From an uncultured bacterium (lineage in GTDB: Bacteria; Krumholzibacteriota; Krumholzibacteriia; Krumholzibacteriales; Krumholzibacteriaceae): a DNA stretch of 64,000 nucleotides. The position numbers were made by a program, and so were the translations under genes. Location: positions 288,001-352,000 of the forward strand of contig CAWFAD010000007.1 of the NCBI GenBank assembly GCA_963813815.1, given 5' to 3'. Positions within the stretch are counted from its first letter, which is position 1, and each line of letters opens with the position of its first letter. The notes beneath the pieces are model-generated. The model made no database searches. It saw nothing but the letters and a program-made list of their open reading frames with translations, and was not told where the DNA came from. Below, in pieces: positions 32,110 through 41,982 of the stretch.

Positions 32110-33015
32110 ATGCTGGATGCTCCATTCATGAGAGAGATCGAGAGAAGGCTCCCCGGAGGCATGCTCCGTGGTGAGCCGCTCTCACATCACACGACCTATC
32201 GCGTCGGCGGCCCCGCCGAGCTTTTCGTCACTCCCGCCACGAGAGAAGAGGCTGAATGGCTCCGCGGTTTCGCGCAGCGTTCGGGAGCGCCGATCACGAT
32301 GCTCGGAGCCGGCTCGAACGTCATAGCCCCCGATGTTGGCATTCCCGGAGTCGTGCTTCACATGAAGCAACCATCCGGGCGGATCGAATTCATGGATAAC
32401 TTCCGGGTGAAGGTGGATGCGGGGATTCTCCTTGAGACGCTCGTCGAGTCATGTGCCTCGCGCGGTTTCGGCGGTATCGAGCCGCTCGCCGGGATTCCGG
32501 GAACGGTCGGCGGCGCCGTCGTCATGAACGCCGGGACGCGCGAGACGGAGACAGCCTCTCTCCTCACCGCGATCGACGCGGTCGATCCCGAAGGCCGGCG
32601 CCGGATGCTTGCCCGTGAGGACGTATCGTTCGGATACCGCCACAGTCTCTTTCAGGAACCGGGCTGGCTCGTGCTCGGCGCGGAGTTTCGTCTCAGCCCG
32701 GCGGACGCGGCCGAATCGTTACGGCGGATCGAGGCGTTCGTTGCCGACCGGTGGGCGAAGTACCCGATGGACCTGGCGAGCGCCGGAAGCGTGTTCAAGC
32801 GACCGCCGGGTGATTACGCGGGACGCCTCATCGAAGCGGCGGGTTGCAAGGGGACGCGCATCGGCGGCGCGCTCGTGAGCGAACGACACGCCAATTTCAT
32901 CGTCAACACCGGTGCGGCGACCGCCGCCGACATCGTCGCGCTCATCGAGTTCGTGCGGGACTCCGTGTTCGAGAAGACCGGCGTGCGCCTCGAGCTGGAA
33001 CAGATCGTTTTATAA
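32110..33015 (+). CDS. murB: UDP-N-acetylmuramate dehydrogenase
   Basis: HTTYRVGG, GAGSN, GIPGTVGGAVVMNAG, SAGSVFK, HANF; start 32110 or 32128. Confidence 0.93.
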   Translation: MLDAPFMREIERRLPGGMLRGEPLSHHTTYRVGGPAELFVTPATREEAEWLRGFAQRSGAPITMLGAGSNVIAPDVGIPGVVLHMKQPSGRIEFMDNFRVKVDAGILLETLVESCASRGFGGIEPLAGIPGTVGGAVVMNAGTRETETASLLTAIDAVDPEGRRRMLAREDVSFGYRHSLFQEPGWLVLGAEFRLSPADAAESLRRIEAFVADRWAKYPMDLASAGSVFKRPPGDYAGRLIEAAGCKGTRIGGALVSERHANFIVNTGAATAADIVALIEFVRDSVFEKTGVRLELEQIVL

Positions 33016-33048
33016 TCGCCGCGCTCGTTCGCCGCAGAGAGGCACCGC

Positions 33049-34476
33049 TCAGCCTCTTTTCTTGATCAGCGCCGTCAGTTTCCCAACGAGCAGTTCGACC
33101 TCTTCGATACGAAGCAATCGCACAATCAAGAAATAGAGGGCCGCATACATCACGGCGCATATGGTCGCCTCCGCGATCGCATCCCCGTGCAGGAGATGGC
33201 TTGCGAAGAGTGCCGGCAGGGCCCCGATGGTGGCGAAGATGATGCGCACAATCTTCCCCCAGAGGAATAGCTGCGGCACTTTCAAACGGTAGATCGTCAG
33301 AATGCCTCGGGCGAAGTAGAGCGCCATCGCAGTTTCGGCGAGAACGAACGCAATGCCCGGCGAGACGAATCCGGTTGCGCCGAAAAAGGCGAGAATGAAA
33401 CCGATGTTGATGCAGATGGCCAGCAGGCCGCCGAAGATGTAATAGATGTTTCGATTTATGGCTCGAAGCGGGGTTCCCATCTCGAAGCATTGGATCACGA
33501 GGATGGTCATGTAGATTCGGAAGAGTGGCGTGGCCGCAATGTATTGGGCCGTGAAAAGGAGTTCGATGAACGTTCGCGCAAAGTAGAAGAAGACGACATA
33601 GACGGGGAAAATCAGAAAGCAGAATATTACGTTCGCCCTTCGCCAAAGATCAAGTCTCCCCGCGTCATCGGTCTGCGTCATCTCCGGGAAGAGCACGTCC
33701 ATGATGCTCGAACGGATGATGTTGATGACCGGGATCTGCTGGCTGCCGATCGAGTAGAGCGCGAGACTCTCGACCCCCATCTTGAGCCGAATTACGAAAT
33801 TCGCGACCTGGTTGTTGACGAGGGAGATGACCGAGGCCGAACCGAGCGGAACGATGAATCGAAGTTGTTCGCGGATGAGAACGACGTCGACCGCGCGCGT
33901 GAACATGCGTCTGAAGAGCGCGAGCGTGACGAGACATTTGACCGCCTCGACCGCGACCATACCCCAGAGAACGCTCGGGACGTCCCGCGTCGCGTACGCG
34001 ATGAGGACAACGGCGAGGGTGCGAACGACGACGCGCGCGGATGAGAAGTAGAGCACGTAGTCGGTCCGCTTTTTCCCGAGCCAGTAATGCTCGTAGAAAT
34101 CGAGGTTGACGAAGAAAAAGAGATAGGCGATGAGCGGCAGGACGAAATCGTAGCTCGTCTGGGCCCTTATGAGGTCCCCGGCGGCGAATACCGCGATGCC
34201 GCCGATGATGGACATGAGAAGAATGAAAATCGCGGTATTGGTGACGCTCTGCCGTTCCTTGTCGGGACGCTTCGGAATGAAGTAGAGGAGATTCGCGTTC
34301 ACGCCGAAACCGACGAGACCGGAGAGGAGCATCGCGTATATGATGAATTCCCGGTATTGTCCGTAAGCGTGCACGTCGAAGATGCGCACGAGAAATATGG
34401 GAGAGAGAATCATCACGCCGTAGTTCATCACGCGACAGATGATGAGAATAACGGCCCGTTTCGTGAGCGATGCCAT
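33049..34476 (-). CDS. Oligosaccharide flippase (Wzx-like)
   Basis: About 12-14 TM helices; LVRIF...YGQY MOP-family start. Confidence 0.82.
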   Translation of the reverse strand: MASLTKRAVILIICRVMNYGVMILSPIFLVRIFDVHAYGQYREFIIYAMLLSGLVGFGVNANLLYFIPKRPDKERQSVTNTAIFILLMSIIGGIAVFAAGDLIRAQTSYDFVLPLIAYLFFFVNLDFYEHYWLGKKRTDYVLYFSSARVVVRTLAVVLIAYATRDVPSVLWGMVAVEAVKCLVTLALFRRMFTRAVDVVLIREQLRFIVPLGSASVISLVNNQVANFVIRLKMGVESLALYSIGSQQIPVINIIRSSIMDVLFPEMTQTDDAGRLDLWRRANVIFCFLIFPVYVVFFYFARTFIELLFTAQYIAATPLFRIYMTILVIQCFEMGTPLRAINRNIYYIFGGLLAICINIGFILAFFGATGFVSPGIAFVLAETAMALYFARGILTIYRLKVPQLFLWGKIVRIIFATIGALPALFASHLLHGDAIAEATICAVMYAALYFLIVRLLRIEEVELLVGKLTALIKKRG

Positions 34477-34488
34477 GAGCCCGCCCTT

Positions 34489-37047
34489 CTATTCGATCTC
34501 GATCCGGCCCACCTCGACGCCGCGGTACTGATCGTCATCGGTGAAAAGATCGGTCAATGCGTAGTTCGGATACTGCGGCCGTTCCGCCATCCGGAGGTGG
34601 ATCGTGTAGATGCCCGGCGCCACGTCGAGGGGAATCGCGAACGTCACCCGGTCGCGGATCTCCCTCAGCGGCGGCCACTCGTTGGGCGGAAACATCCCCG
34701 CGAGCGGCTGAAAATCGATCCGGAACCGGTACCGCTCCCCCGCGAGCCGCTCGCGGATCTTGCGGTAGGGTTTGCCCCATGCGGGGCGGTAGAGCGGGCC
34801 CGTCGGAAAGCCGGTCTCGAATCGCAGGTGCGCGACGTAGCTCGAAAAGGGGACCGGCCCGGTTGCCACCCAGACGACGCGCGCCGAGAGCGTGTCGCCG
34901 CGCGCCGCGCGAGAAAGGCTCGTCCCCGCCCGCGCGATGCGGATGCCCGGCATTCGCGAATCGAAGGCGGCCGCGGCGGTTCGTTCGTCGAGGGCTTCGC
35001 CGAGGAAGGGCGGCGCGGCGGACGCGCACGCCTTCGCCCGCTCCCGGTCGTACTCGAAGAGCGACAGCGATTTCTCGCGGAAACGCTCCGTGAACGCCGG
35101 ACATCTGCGGAGCCCGGCGGCGGCTGAATCCGCCGAGGAGCCTCCGCTCTTCCAGTAGGCGGTCCCGACGCTCGCGGGCATCCTGCCGTTGACGACGAGG
35201 CAGCGCGCGCCGTAGGCGTCGAGCAGAGTCGCGACTTCCTCGGGAGACGTCCACGGGTTCAGCATGCGCCGCGCGTCGACGATGCGCCGGATCGCCGTCG
35301 AGTCGTTCGGCGTCGCGTGCTGATCGAAAGGCACCATGGCGTATCCATCCGTAAAGGCCGGTATGCCGAAGCTCGTGACGGGATCGGCCGCTATGACGCT
35401 TCCCGGCGGAACGTTCCCTTCGACGAAGGCGAAGAGGTCGGCGAGATCGCGAAAGCTCGCCGTCTCGGTCGCGGCGATCGAGCCGGCGGAGTATGCGAAC
35501 CGGCCGAGCGTCCGCGCGAGCGGCGGCCCCGCGACCGCCGCGAAGAGCGCGAGCCCGGCAAAGGCGGCCGCTCTCGATCGCGCGCCGCCGCGCAGCGCCC
35601 GAACGAGCTCCGCGAGGAGGAACGCCGAGACGAGCATCGACGGAACGGCGAACTCGAAGCGAATGAGAAGGTAGGAGAGCTTCCGCAGCAGGAAGGGGAA
35701 CCAGAGGGGAACGAAGAGCAAGAGATACACGGCGCCGATGCCGTGCGCGAGCAGGCGATAGCGTTCCTCACCGCGCCCGCGCCGCCACAGCGCAACAAGG
35801 GCCAGAAGCGACAGAAATCCGAGCGGCCCCGCCGCCTGGGCGAAGACGATCGGATTCATCACGTAGAGCGCGCCGGTGAAGTGGAGCACCCCTTGGACGT
35901 GCGTGTGAATGGCGTTGTTCGGAGCGTAGTCGCGGAGATACCGCATGGCGAGGTAGGGGGCCGAGATCGCGAACGCCGAGGCCGCGAACGCGCCGATTCG
36001 TCTCAAGGACGTCCCGCGCCGCGCTCCGCCGCCCCGCCGGAGCAGCGCGGAGAGCGCGAACACGCCCGACAGGAACAGCAGAACCGCGAAGTGCGCGATG
36101 TGCGCTCCCGCGGCGGCGAAGGCCGAGGCGGCGGCGATGGCGAGGATGCTCCGCTTTCCCGACGAGAGCCACGAAAGGCCGAAGGCCAGCGCGGCGACGT
36201 ACGGCGCCTTTCCGAAGCCATACCCCGTTCCCATGGAGACGAGCGAGTAGCGCGAGAGACCGCCGTCGTAGAGGAGCACGGCGAGGAGGGCCGCGAGAAG
36301 CCCTATCCACGCGCTGCCGAAGATCAGTATCCCCGCCGCGAAAAGGGCGACGAGGAAAAACGTCGAGCCGATCGCCGCAACGAGCGGCCAGACCTCGGAC
36401 GCCGCGGGCTCGCCCGCGAGAGCGGCGAGTGACCCCCAGAGCGCGTGAGCCAGCCCCTTGCGGATGTCTCGGGTGAGGATCCCGCCATCGGCGTAGTAGA
36501 AGCGCTCCGGGAAGACCTCGTGCGTGCGGGCGATGGTTCGAATGTAAGCGATGTGATCGGCCGAGTCGGACGTGTAGAGGAGCGGATCGCCCGCCCCAAG
36601 GATGAGCGCGCAGCAGGTCGCGGCGAGAACGAGGAGGAGGATCGCCGGAGCCCGGTCGGCCCGAGCGCCCGCGGCCGCGGCGCTGGGGCGGTCCGAAACG
36701 GGCGCTCGCCGCGGCGCGATCGCGAGGAGCACGACGAGCGGCGGGACGACGATCCGGACGAGCGTGATGTCGAGCTTGAAAAGCGCGAGCACAAACAGCA
36801 CGGCGAAGATCACCGCCGTGCCGAGCGCGAGGGAGGCGAGCGCGAAAACCGGCGGCCGCGCCGCGGGCGCGAAACGGCGGGCGAGCAGCGCGCCGGGAAC
36901 GATCACGAGATAGAGGAAGAAGAAGAGGAAGAGGGCGCCGCGGGAGGGAACGAGTCCCGGGAAAAAGCTCAGAATCGCGAAGAGCGCAGTCAGGGCGAGC
37001 GGAAACGCGCCCCCGAGGTTCAGTTTAGCTCTGCTGTCTCTCGTCAT
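34489..37047 (-). CDS. Large polytopic membrane protein (GT-C-like) with soluble C-terminal domain
   Basis: 852 aa from ATG 37047; many TM helices; first-loop DSADH; upstream of wzx. Confidence 0.6.
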   Translation of the reverse strand: MTRDSRAKLNLGGAFPLALTALFAILSFFPGLVPSRGALFLFFFLYLVIVPGALLARRFAPAARPPVFALASLALGTAVIFAVLFVLALFKLDITLVRIVVPPLVVLLAIAPRRAPVSDRPSAAAAGARADRAPAILLLVLAATCCALILGAGDPLLYTSDSADHIAYIRTIARTHEVFPERFYYADGGILTRDIRKGLAHALWGSLAALAGEPAASEVWPLVAAIGSTFFLVALFAAGILIFGSAWIGLLAALLAVLLYDGGLSRYSLVSMGTGYGFGKAPYVAALAFGLSWLSSGKRSILAIAAASAFAAAGAHIAHFAVLLFLSGVFALSALLRRGGGARRGTSLRRIGAFAASAFAISAPYLAMRYLRDYAPNNAIHTHVQGVLHFTGALYVMNPIVFAQAAGPLGFLSLLALVALWRRGRGEERYRLLAHGIGAVYLLLFVPLWFPFLLRKLSYLLIRFEFAVPSMLVSAFLLAELVRALRGGARSRAAAFAGLALFAAVAGPPLARTLGRFAYSAGSIAATETASFRDLADLFAFVEGNVPPGSVIAADPVTSFGIPAFTDGYAMVPFDQHATPNDSTAIRRIVDARRMLNPWTSPEEVATLLDAYGARCLVVNGRMPASVGTAYWKSGGSSADSAAAGLRRCPAFTERFREKSLSLFEYDRERAKACASAAPPFLGEALDERTAAAAFDSRMPGIRIARAGTSLSRAARGDTLSARVVWVATGPVPFSSYVAHLRFETGFPTGPLYRPAWGKPYRKIRERLAGERYRFRIDFQPLAGMFPPNEWPPLREIRDRVTFAIPLDVAPGIYTIHLRMAERPQYPNYALTDLFTDDDQYRGVEVGRIEIE

Positions 37048-37179
37048 AGATTCCGTTCCGGACGCGCCGCTCCAATCTATCCCTTGTCCGCGCTCTTGTG
37101 AAGAATTAAAATGCGCGCGGCCCGGCACGGGCGCGTTGCTTGCATCGATCGTACCGCCGCGCGGGAGGGCGGCTGTGCC

Positions 37180-38985
37180 ATGGCGGGTTTCACGGGCATA
37201 TTCGGCGAGCGCTTCGCCGGAGCCGGCGCTTCGGCGCTCTTCCCGGCGATCGACCCTCTCGGCATCGACGAGCGGAAGATTCTCGCGGCCGGCCGGGGAT
37301 TCTTCGCCGTTTCCGCGCGGCGCAACACGCCGCTCGAGGGCGGGGCGTGGCACGAGAGCGGCGAGTTCGCGGCCTGCTTCGCCGGAGACTTCGCGGATGG
37401 CGGCGCCATCCCCTGGGAATCGCTCTTCGATGCGCTCCGCGGCGGCGGGCCCGGCGAATTTCCCGAGATGAGCGGGCTTTTTGCCTTCTCCTTTTTCGAC
37501 AAGGCGCGGGACGTGCTCTACCTCGCGAGCGACCTCTACTCGTTCTTTCCCGTTTATTACTGCATCGACAATGGCTCCGCGATCGTTTCGACCTCCGTCG
37601 CCTCGTTCCCCCGCGTGGGCGAGTTCGAGTTCAATCCGGAGTGGCTCTATCAGTATCTGCTGTTCAGCTTTCCCGTGGGACCGACGGGCATCTGGAAGAA
37701 CGTCCGCCGCATGCCGCCCTCGAGCGTGCTGCGATGTGACCTGCGCTCGGGACGGGTTTCGTTCTCCCGCTATGGAGCAGGATTCCGGCGGGCGCCGAAG
37801 CTTCTCGAGGGGCGCGAGGCCCTCGAGCGCGCGTTCGAGGTCTTCGACGAGCGGATGCCCCGCTATTTCGCCGGGACGGGGGAGTTCGCCCACGCCCTCT
37901 CGGGGGGGTACGACACTCGCACCGTGCTCGCCTTCGTTCCGCCGGAACGCGAGCGGGACCTCTTCGCCTATACGTACGGGCGCGCCGGAAGCGGCGACAT
38001 CGCCGAATCGCGAATGGTGGCGCGCGCCCTCGGGCTGCGCCACGGGGAGATCCTCTTCGACGAGGCGTACGAGGCGCGGCTCCCCGAGCTCGCCCGCGAG
38101 ACGGTCCGGCTCGCGGGGGGGATCGAGAACATCAACAGGGCCTATCTCGCCCACGTCTATCCCCTCGTCACGGAAAGGGGCACGCGCCGGCCGTTCGCGC
38201 TGAGCGGGATCGGCGCCGACGCGCTCTTCCGCGGCCACGTCCCGACGCCGAACGGCCTCTCGTACGACATGGATCGCTCGTACCGGACGGGCCGCGTCTC
38301 GATCGACGCCTCGTTCTGGAAGAGGGTCTTCGGGCCCCGGTTCGACGAGTTCTACGCGTGCGCCGAGCGCGGCATGAGCTGGATGGTCGAGACCTACGGC
38401 CCCTTCGGCCCCGTCGAGAGCTATTTCGCCTACGAGATCTACGAGGGGCTGCCGCGCTACTTCAACGGCGAGCTCTCGATCGCGGACCAGTTCACCTCTC
38501 TCAGAATCCCCTTCGTGGATCCGGGCATCGTGCGGCTCGCCTGCGAGATCGAATACAGCGTCTTCAAGCTCTGGCGCTTCATCAACGACGATACCTACCG
38601 CGAGAGCCGGCTCCAGACCTCCCTCATGGCGCGACATCCGAAGCTTTCCCGGATCAAGCTCCACGGGATGCCGCTCTCGGCCTTCGCGAGCGGCAGCAAG
38701 AGGCGCCACGATCTTCTGCGCCTCATCCACAGGGGTCCCGCAAAGCTCCGCGCGGCGGCGCGCCGGGAGCGCAGGCCCGGACTCGAGAACTGGGCGAGCT
38801 GGTACGAGACCTCTCTCCGGGGCGAGCTCGAGAGGCGGCTCGCTCCGGAATCGCGCGTCTGCCGTTACGTCGCCCCCGAGTTCGTCGCCGCGATGCGCGC
38901 CGAGAAGAACATGCACTGGCTCAAGATCGTCGCCACGCTCGATGTCGCGCTCGAGCTCGCCGAGAACGGCTGGAAGAGGCCGTGA
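37180..38985 (+). CDS. Asparagine synthase-related amidotransferase
   Basis: SGLFAF, PP-loop LSGGYDT, RIPFVD; no N-terminal Cys. Confidence 0.75.
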   Translation: MAGFTGIFGERFAGAGASALFPAIDPLGIDERKILAAGRGFFAVSARRNTPLEGGAWHESGEFAACFAGDFADGGAIPWESLFDALRGGGPGEFPEMSGLFAFSFFDKARDVLYLASDLYSFFPVYYCIDNGSAIVSTSVASFPRVGEFEFNPEWLYQYLLFSFPVGPTGIWKNVRRMPPSSVLRCDLRSGRVSFSRYGAGFRRAPKLLEGREALERAFEVFDERMPRYFAGTGEFAHALSGGYDTRTVLAFVPPERERDLFAYTYGRAGSGDIAESRMVARALGLRHGEILFDEAYEARLPELARETVRLAGGIENINRAYLAHVYPLVTERGTRRPFALSGIGADALFRGHVPTPNGLSYDMDRSYRTGRVSIDASFWKRVFGPRFDEFYACAERGMSWMVETYGPFGPVESYFAYEIYEGLPRYFNGELSIADQFTSLRIPFVDPGIVRLACEIEYSVFKLWRFINDDTYRESRLQTSLMARHPKLSRIKLHGMPLSAFASGSKRRHDLLRLIHRGPAKLRAAARRERRPGLENWASWYETSLRGELERRLAPESRVCRYVAPEFVAAMRAEKNMHWLKIVATLDVALELAENGWKRP

Positions 38986-39099
38986 AGGCCCCGCCGGACC
39001 CGCCAGTCATCAGTTGACATTCGCGCGGTTCCTCGCGTTAAATGAAGGTGCGTATTCCGCGTTGCGAGCGACCGACGACATCACTTCCAAGGAGGAGGC

Positions 39100-41082
39100 A
39101 TGGAAGAGAGCAAGGGTCCGCGCAGGCTGCCGCCGAACGCCTACCGGGCGCTCGGGCCGGGCGAAACGTACCAGCCGTACGTTCCGTCGAGCTCGACGAT
39201 TCCGGAGGTGACGGTCCGCAGCGTCACGATCGGGATGGTCATGGCGGCCATCTTCACCGCCGCGGCGGCGTACCTCGGCCTCAAGATCGGCCAGGTCTTC
39301 GAGGCGGCCATTCCGATCGCGATTCTCGCCGTCGGCATGGCCGGCCTTTTCGCGCGCCGGAGCACGATCTCCGAGAACGTCATCATCCAGTCGATCGGCG
39401 CCGCGTCGGGCACGATCGTCGCCGGCATGATTTTTACGCTGCCGGGGCTCTTCATCCTCGGGCTCGACGTGCGGTTCTACCAGACCTTTCTCGCCGCGCT
39501 GCTCGGGGGCATCCTCGGCGTCGTCTATCTCGTGCCGCTTCGCCGCTACTTCGTGAGGGAGCAGCACGGGCTGCTTCCCTTCCCCGAAGGGACCGCCATC
39601 GCCGAGGTGCTCGTGACGGGAGAGGGTGGCGGCGAGCAGGCGAAGGTGCTCGTCAAGGCCGCGGCGATCGGCGGCATCTACGATTTCTGCGTGGCGACCT
39701 TCGGGCTCTGGCGCGAGGTCGTCTCGACGCGCGTCGTGCCGCAGCTCGCCTCGATCGCCGAGAGCGCGAAGATCGTCGCCAAGATCAACGTCGGTGCCGC
39801 GGTGACGGGCCTCGGCTACATCATCGGGCTCAAGTACTCCTCCATCATCGTCGCGGGAAGCTTCGTTTCGTGGCTCGTGCTCATTCCGGCGATCTGGTAT
39901 TTCGGGCGCAACGTCGGCGTTCCCATCGGCGGCGCCGGCATTCCGATCTCGCAGATGGCGGCCGAGGACATCTTTACGAACTACGTCCGGCACATCGGCA
40001 TCGGCGGGATCGCGATGGCCGGAATCATCGGCATTCTCAAGTCCTCGAAGATCATCGTTTCGGCCTTCTCCGTCGGTTTCAGGGAGATGTTCGCGAAGAA
40101 GGCAGCCGGCCACGCGGAGGCCATCGAGCGCACCGACCGCGATATGAAGATGTCGAACGTGATCCTCATCATCGTCGCCACACTCGTCGCGATCTTCCTC
40201 TTTTTCGGGCTCGGCGTCGTCGACACGTGGGGTTTCGCGGGGATCGCGCTCGTGGTCGTCGCCATCATCAGCTTCCTCTTCACGACCGTCGCGGCGCGCG
40301 CCATCGCGATCGTCGGCGTCAATCCCGTCTCGGGAATGACGCTCATGACGCTCATCCTCTCGAGCGTTATCCTCGTGAACGCGGGGCTCCGCGGCGAGGC
40401 GGGAATGCTCTCGGCGCTCATCATCGGCGGGGTCGTCTGCACGGCCCTCGCGACGGCGGGCGCCTTTATCAGCGATCTCAAGGTCGGCTACTGGCTCGGA
40501 ACGACCCCGCGCAACCAGGAGCGCCTCAAGTTCGCCGGGATCCTCGTTTCCGCGCTCTGCGTGACGGGCGTGCTCATGCTGCTGAACAAGGTGTACGGGT
40601 TCACGGGTCCGAAGGCCCTCGCCGCGCCGCAGGCGAACGCGATGGCCGCCGTCATCAAGGCGCTCATGGCGGATACGTCGGCTCCCTGGCTCCTGTATAC
40701 CGCGGGCATCTTCATGGCGCTCACGCTCGAGCTCATCAAGATCGCGCCGCTCCCCTTCGCGCTCGGGATGTATCTCCCGATCCAGCTCAACACGCCGCTC
40801 ATCGTCGGCGGCTTCATCGCCCATCTCGTCGCCACGAGGAGCAAGAGCGAGGACGTCAACACGCGCCGGCGCGAGCGCGGCACGCTCATCGCTTCCGGCT
40901 TCATCGCCGGCGGCGCTCTCATGGGGGTCGTGAGCGCGCTGCTCGCGCTTCCCGGCTGGAACGAGGCGCTCAATACCGGCATCGCCGAGCGGCCCGTCGG
41001 CGAGGTGATCGCCGTCGCGGCCTTCGCCGCGCTGTGCCTCTACCTCTACTTCGACGCGAAGAAAGGCGCCTCCGACACGTGA
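39100..41082 (+). CDS. OPT family oligopeptide transporter
   Basis: YLGLKIG, ENVIIQS, FPEG, NPVSG, DLKVGY, APQA. Confidence 0.92.
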   Translation: MEESKGPRRLPPNAYRALGPGETYQPYVPSSSTIPEVTVRSVTIGMVMAAIFTAAAAYLGLKIGQVFEAAIPIAILAVGMAGLFARRSTISENVIIQSIGAASGTIVAGMIFTLPGLFILGLDVRFYQTFLAALLGGILGVVYLVPLRRYFVREQHGLLPFPEGTAIAEVLVTGEGGGEQAKVLVKAAAIGGIYDFCVATFGLWREVVSTRVVPQLASIAESAKIVAKINVGAAVTGLGYIIGLKYSSIIVAGSFVSWLVLIPAIWYFGRNVGVPIGGAGIPISQMAAEDIFTNYVRHIGIGGIAMAGIIGILKSSKIIVSAFSVGFREMFAKKAAGHAEAIERTDRDMKMSNVILIIVATLVAIFLFFGLGVVDTWGFAGIALVVVAIISFLFTTVAARAIAIVGVNPVSGMTLMTLILSSVILVNAGLRGEAGMLSALIIGGVVCTALATAGAFISDLKVGYWLGTTPRNQERLKFAGILVSALCVTGVLMLLNKVYGFTGPKALAAPQANAMAAVIKALMADTSAPWLLYTAGIFMALTLELIKIAPLPFALGMYLPIQLNTPLIVGGFIAHLVATRSKSEDVNTRRRERGTLIASGFIAGGALMGVVSALLALPGWNEALNTGIAERPVGEVIAVAAFAALCLYLYFDAKKGASDT

Positions 41083-41903
41083 AGCGTCTCATAGGCCGGA
41101 TCGTCTTCGCGCTCGACCGTCTCATGCCGCGCGCCCGCGTCGGCGGCAGGGAGTCGAGCGAGGCATACTCGCTCTGGGAGTACCGCACGGGAAAAGGACT
41201 GCTCGAGGAGTACGGCGGCCGCATCGGCCCGCTCGCCGGAAAGCTCGTGCTCGACGTCGGCTGCGGCCTCGGCGGCAAAACGGCCGCCTACGCCGAGGCG
41301 GGCGCGTGCGTCGTCGGGGTGGACATCTCGAAAGAGTGCGTATCGGGATCCCGCGCGTTCGACCCGGGCGGATCGGCGTCCGCGCCGTCGTTCGTCGCCG
41401 GCGACGCGAGGCGCCTGCCGTTCGCGGACGACTCCTTCGACGCGATCATCGCGAACGACTCCCTCGAACACTTTTCCGATCCGGCGGTGGCGCTCGGGGA
41501 GTTCGCCCGGGCGCTCCGGCCGGGGGGCGTGCTCGCGCTCTTTTTCACCCCCTGGGGCTCGCCGCTCGGATCCCATCTGTACGATTACATCCGGACCCCC
41601 TGGTGTCATCTCCTGTTTCCCGAATGGCTCATACGGGAGCTGCTCCGTCGTTCGCTCGCCGCGCGCGGGGAGGCGGATCCCGCGGGACGGGCGAGAGAGC
41701 TCATGCGCGAGTACCATGTCGAGCTCAACCGGATCACCGTCCGGCGGTATCGCCGCATCCTGCGGGCAGCGACGCGTCTCGAGCCCGTGTACGAGGAGCG
41801 GAAACCTCCGAAGTTCCGCGCGCTCGCGCCGCTCGCGCGCCTGCCGCTCGCGGGGGAGATCTTTACGGGAACGGTGGTCTCGATCGCCGTAAAACGGCGG
41901 TAG
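41079..41903 (+). CDS. Class I SAM-dependent methyltransferase
   Basis: VLDVGCGLGG, LPFADDSFD, LRPGG; GTGA overlap. Confidence 0.85.
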   Translation: MKRLIGRIVFALDRLMPRARVGGRESSEAYSLWEYRTGKGLLEEYGGRIGPLAGKLVLDVGCGLGGKTAAYAEAGACVVGVDISKECVSGSRAFDPGGSASAPSFVAGDARRLPFADDSFDAIIANDSLEHFSDPAVALGEFARALRPGGVLALFFTPWGSPLGSHLYDYIRTPWCHLLFPEWLIRELLRRSLAARGEADPAGRARELMREYHVELNRITVRRYRRILRAATRLEPVYEERKPPKFRALAPLARLPLAGEIFTGTVVSIAVKRR

Positions 41904-41982
41904 GGCGGCAATCGGCTTGACGCGGCGCTCGTGCTGTGGTATTCCTTGCGGGCCGCGAGCAAAGGAGTTTCGCGGCGACACT

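Noticed and set aside
37048..38916. N-terminal ~620 aa of the 1475-aa minus-strand ORF
   Set aside because: Antisense shadow of the asparagine-synthase-like gene; the real membrane protein most likely starts at 37047
37111..38985. Lasso peptide biosynthesis locus
   Set aside because: No precursor, B1/RRE or B2 peptidase identifiable in the window
39042..41078. Apparent 953-aa methyltransferase fusion
   Set aside because: The upstream part is an alternate frame over the OPT gene; the methyltransferase starts at GTG 41079
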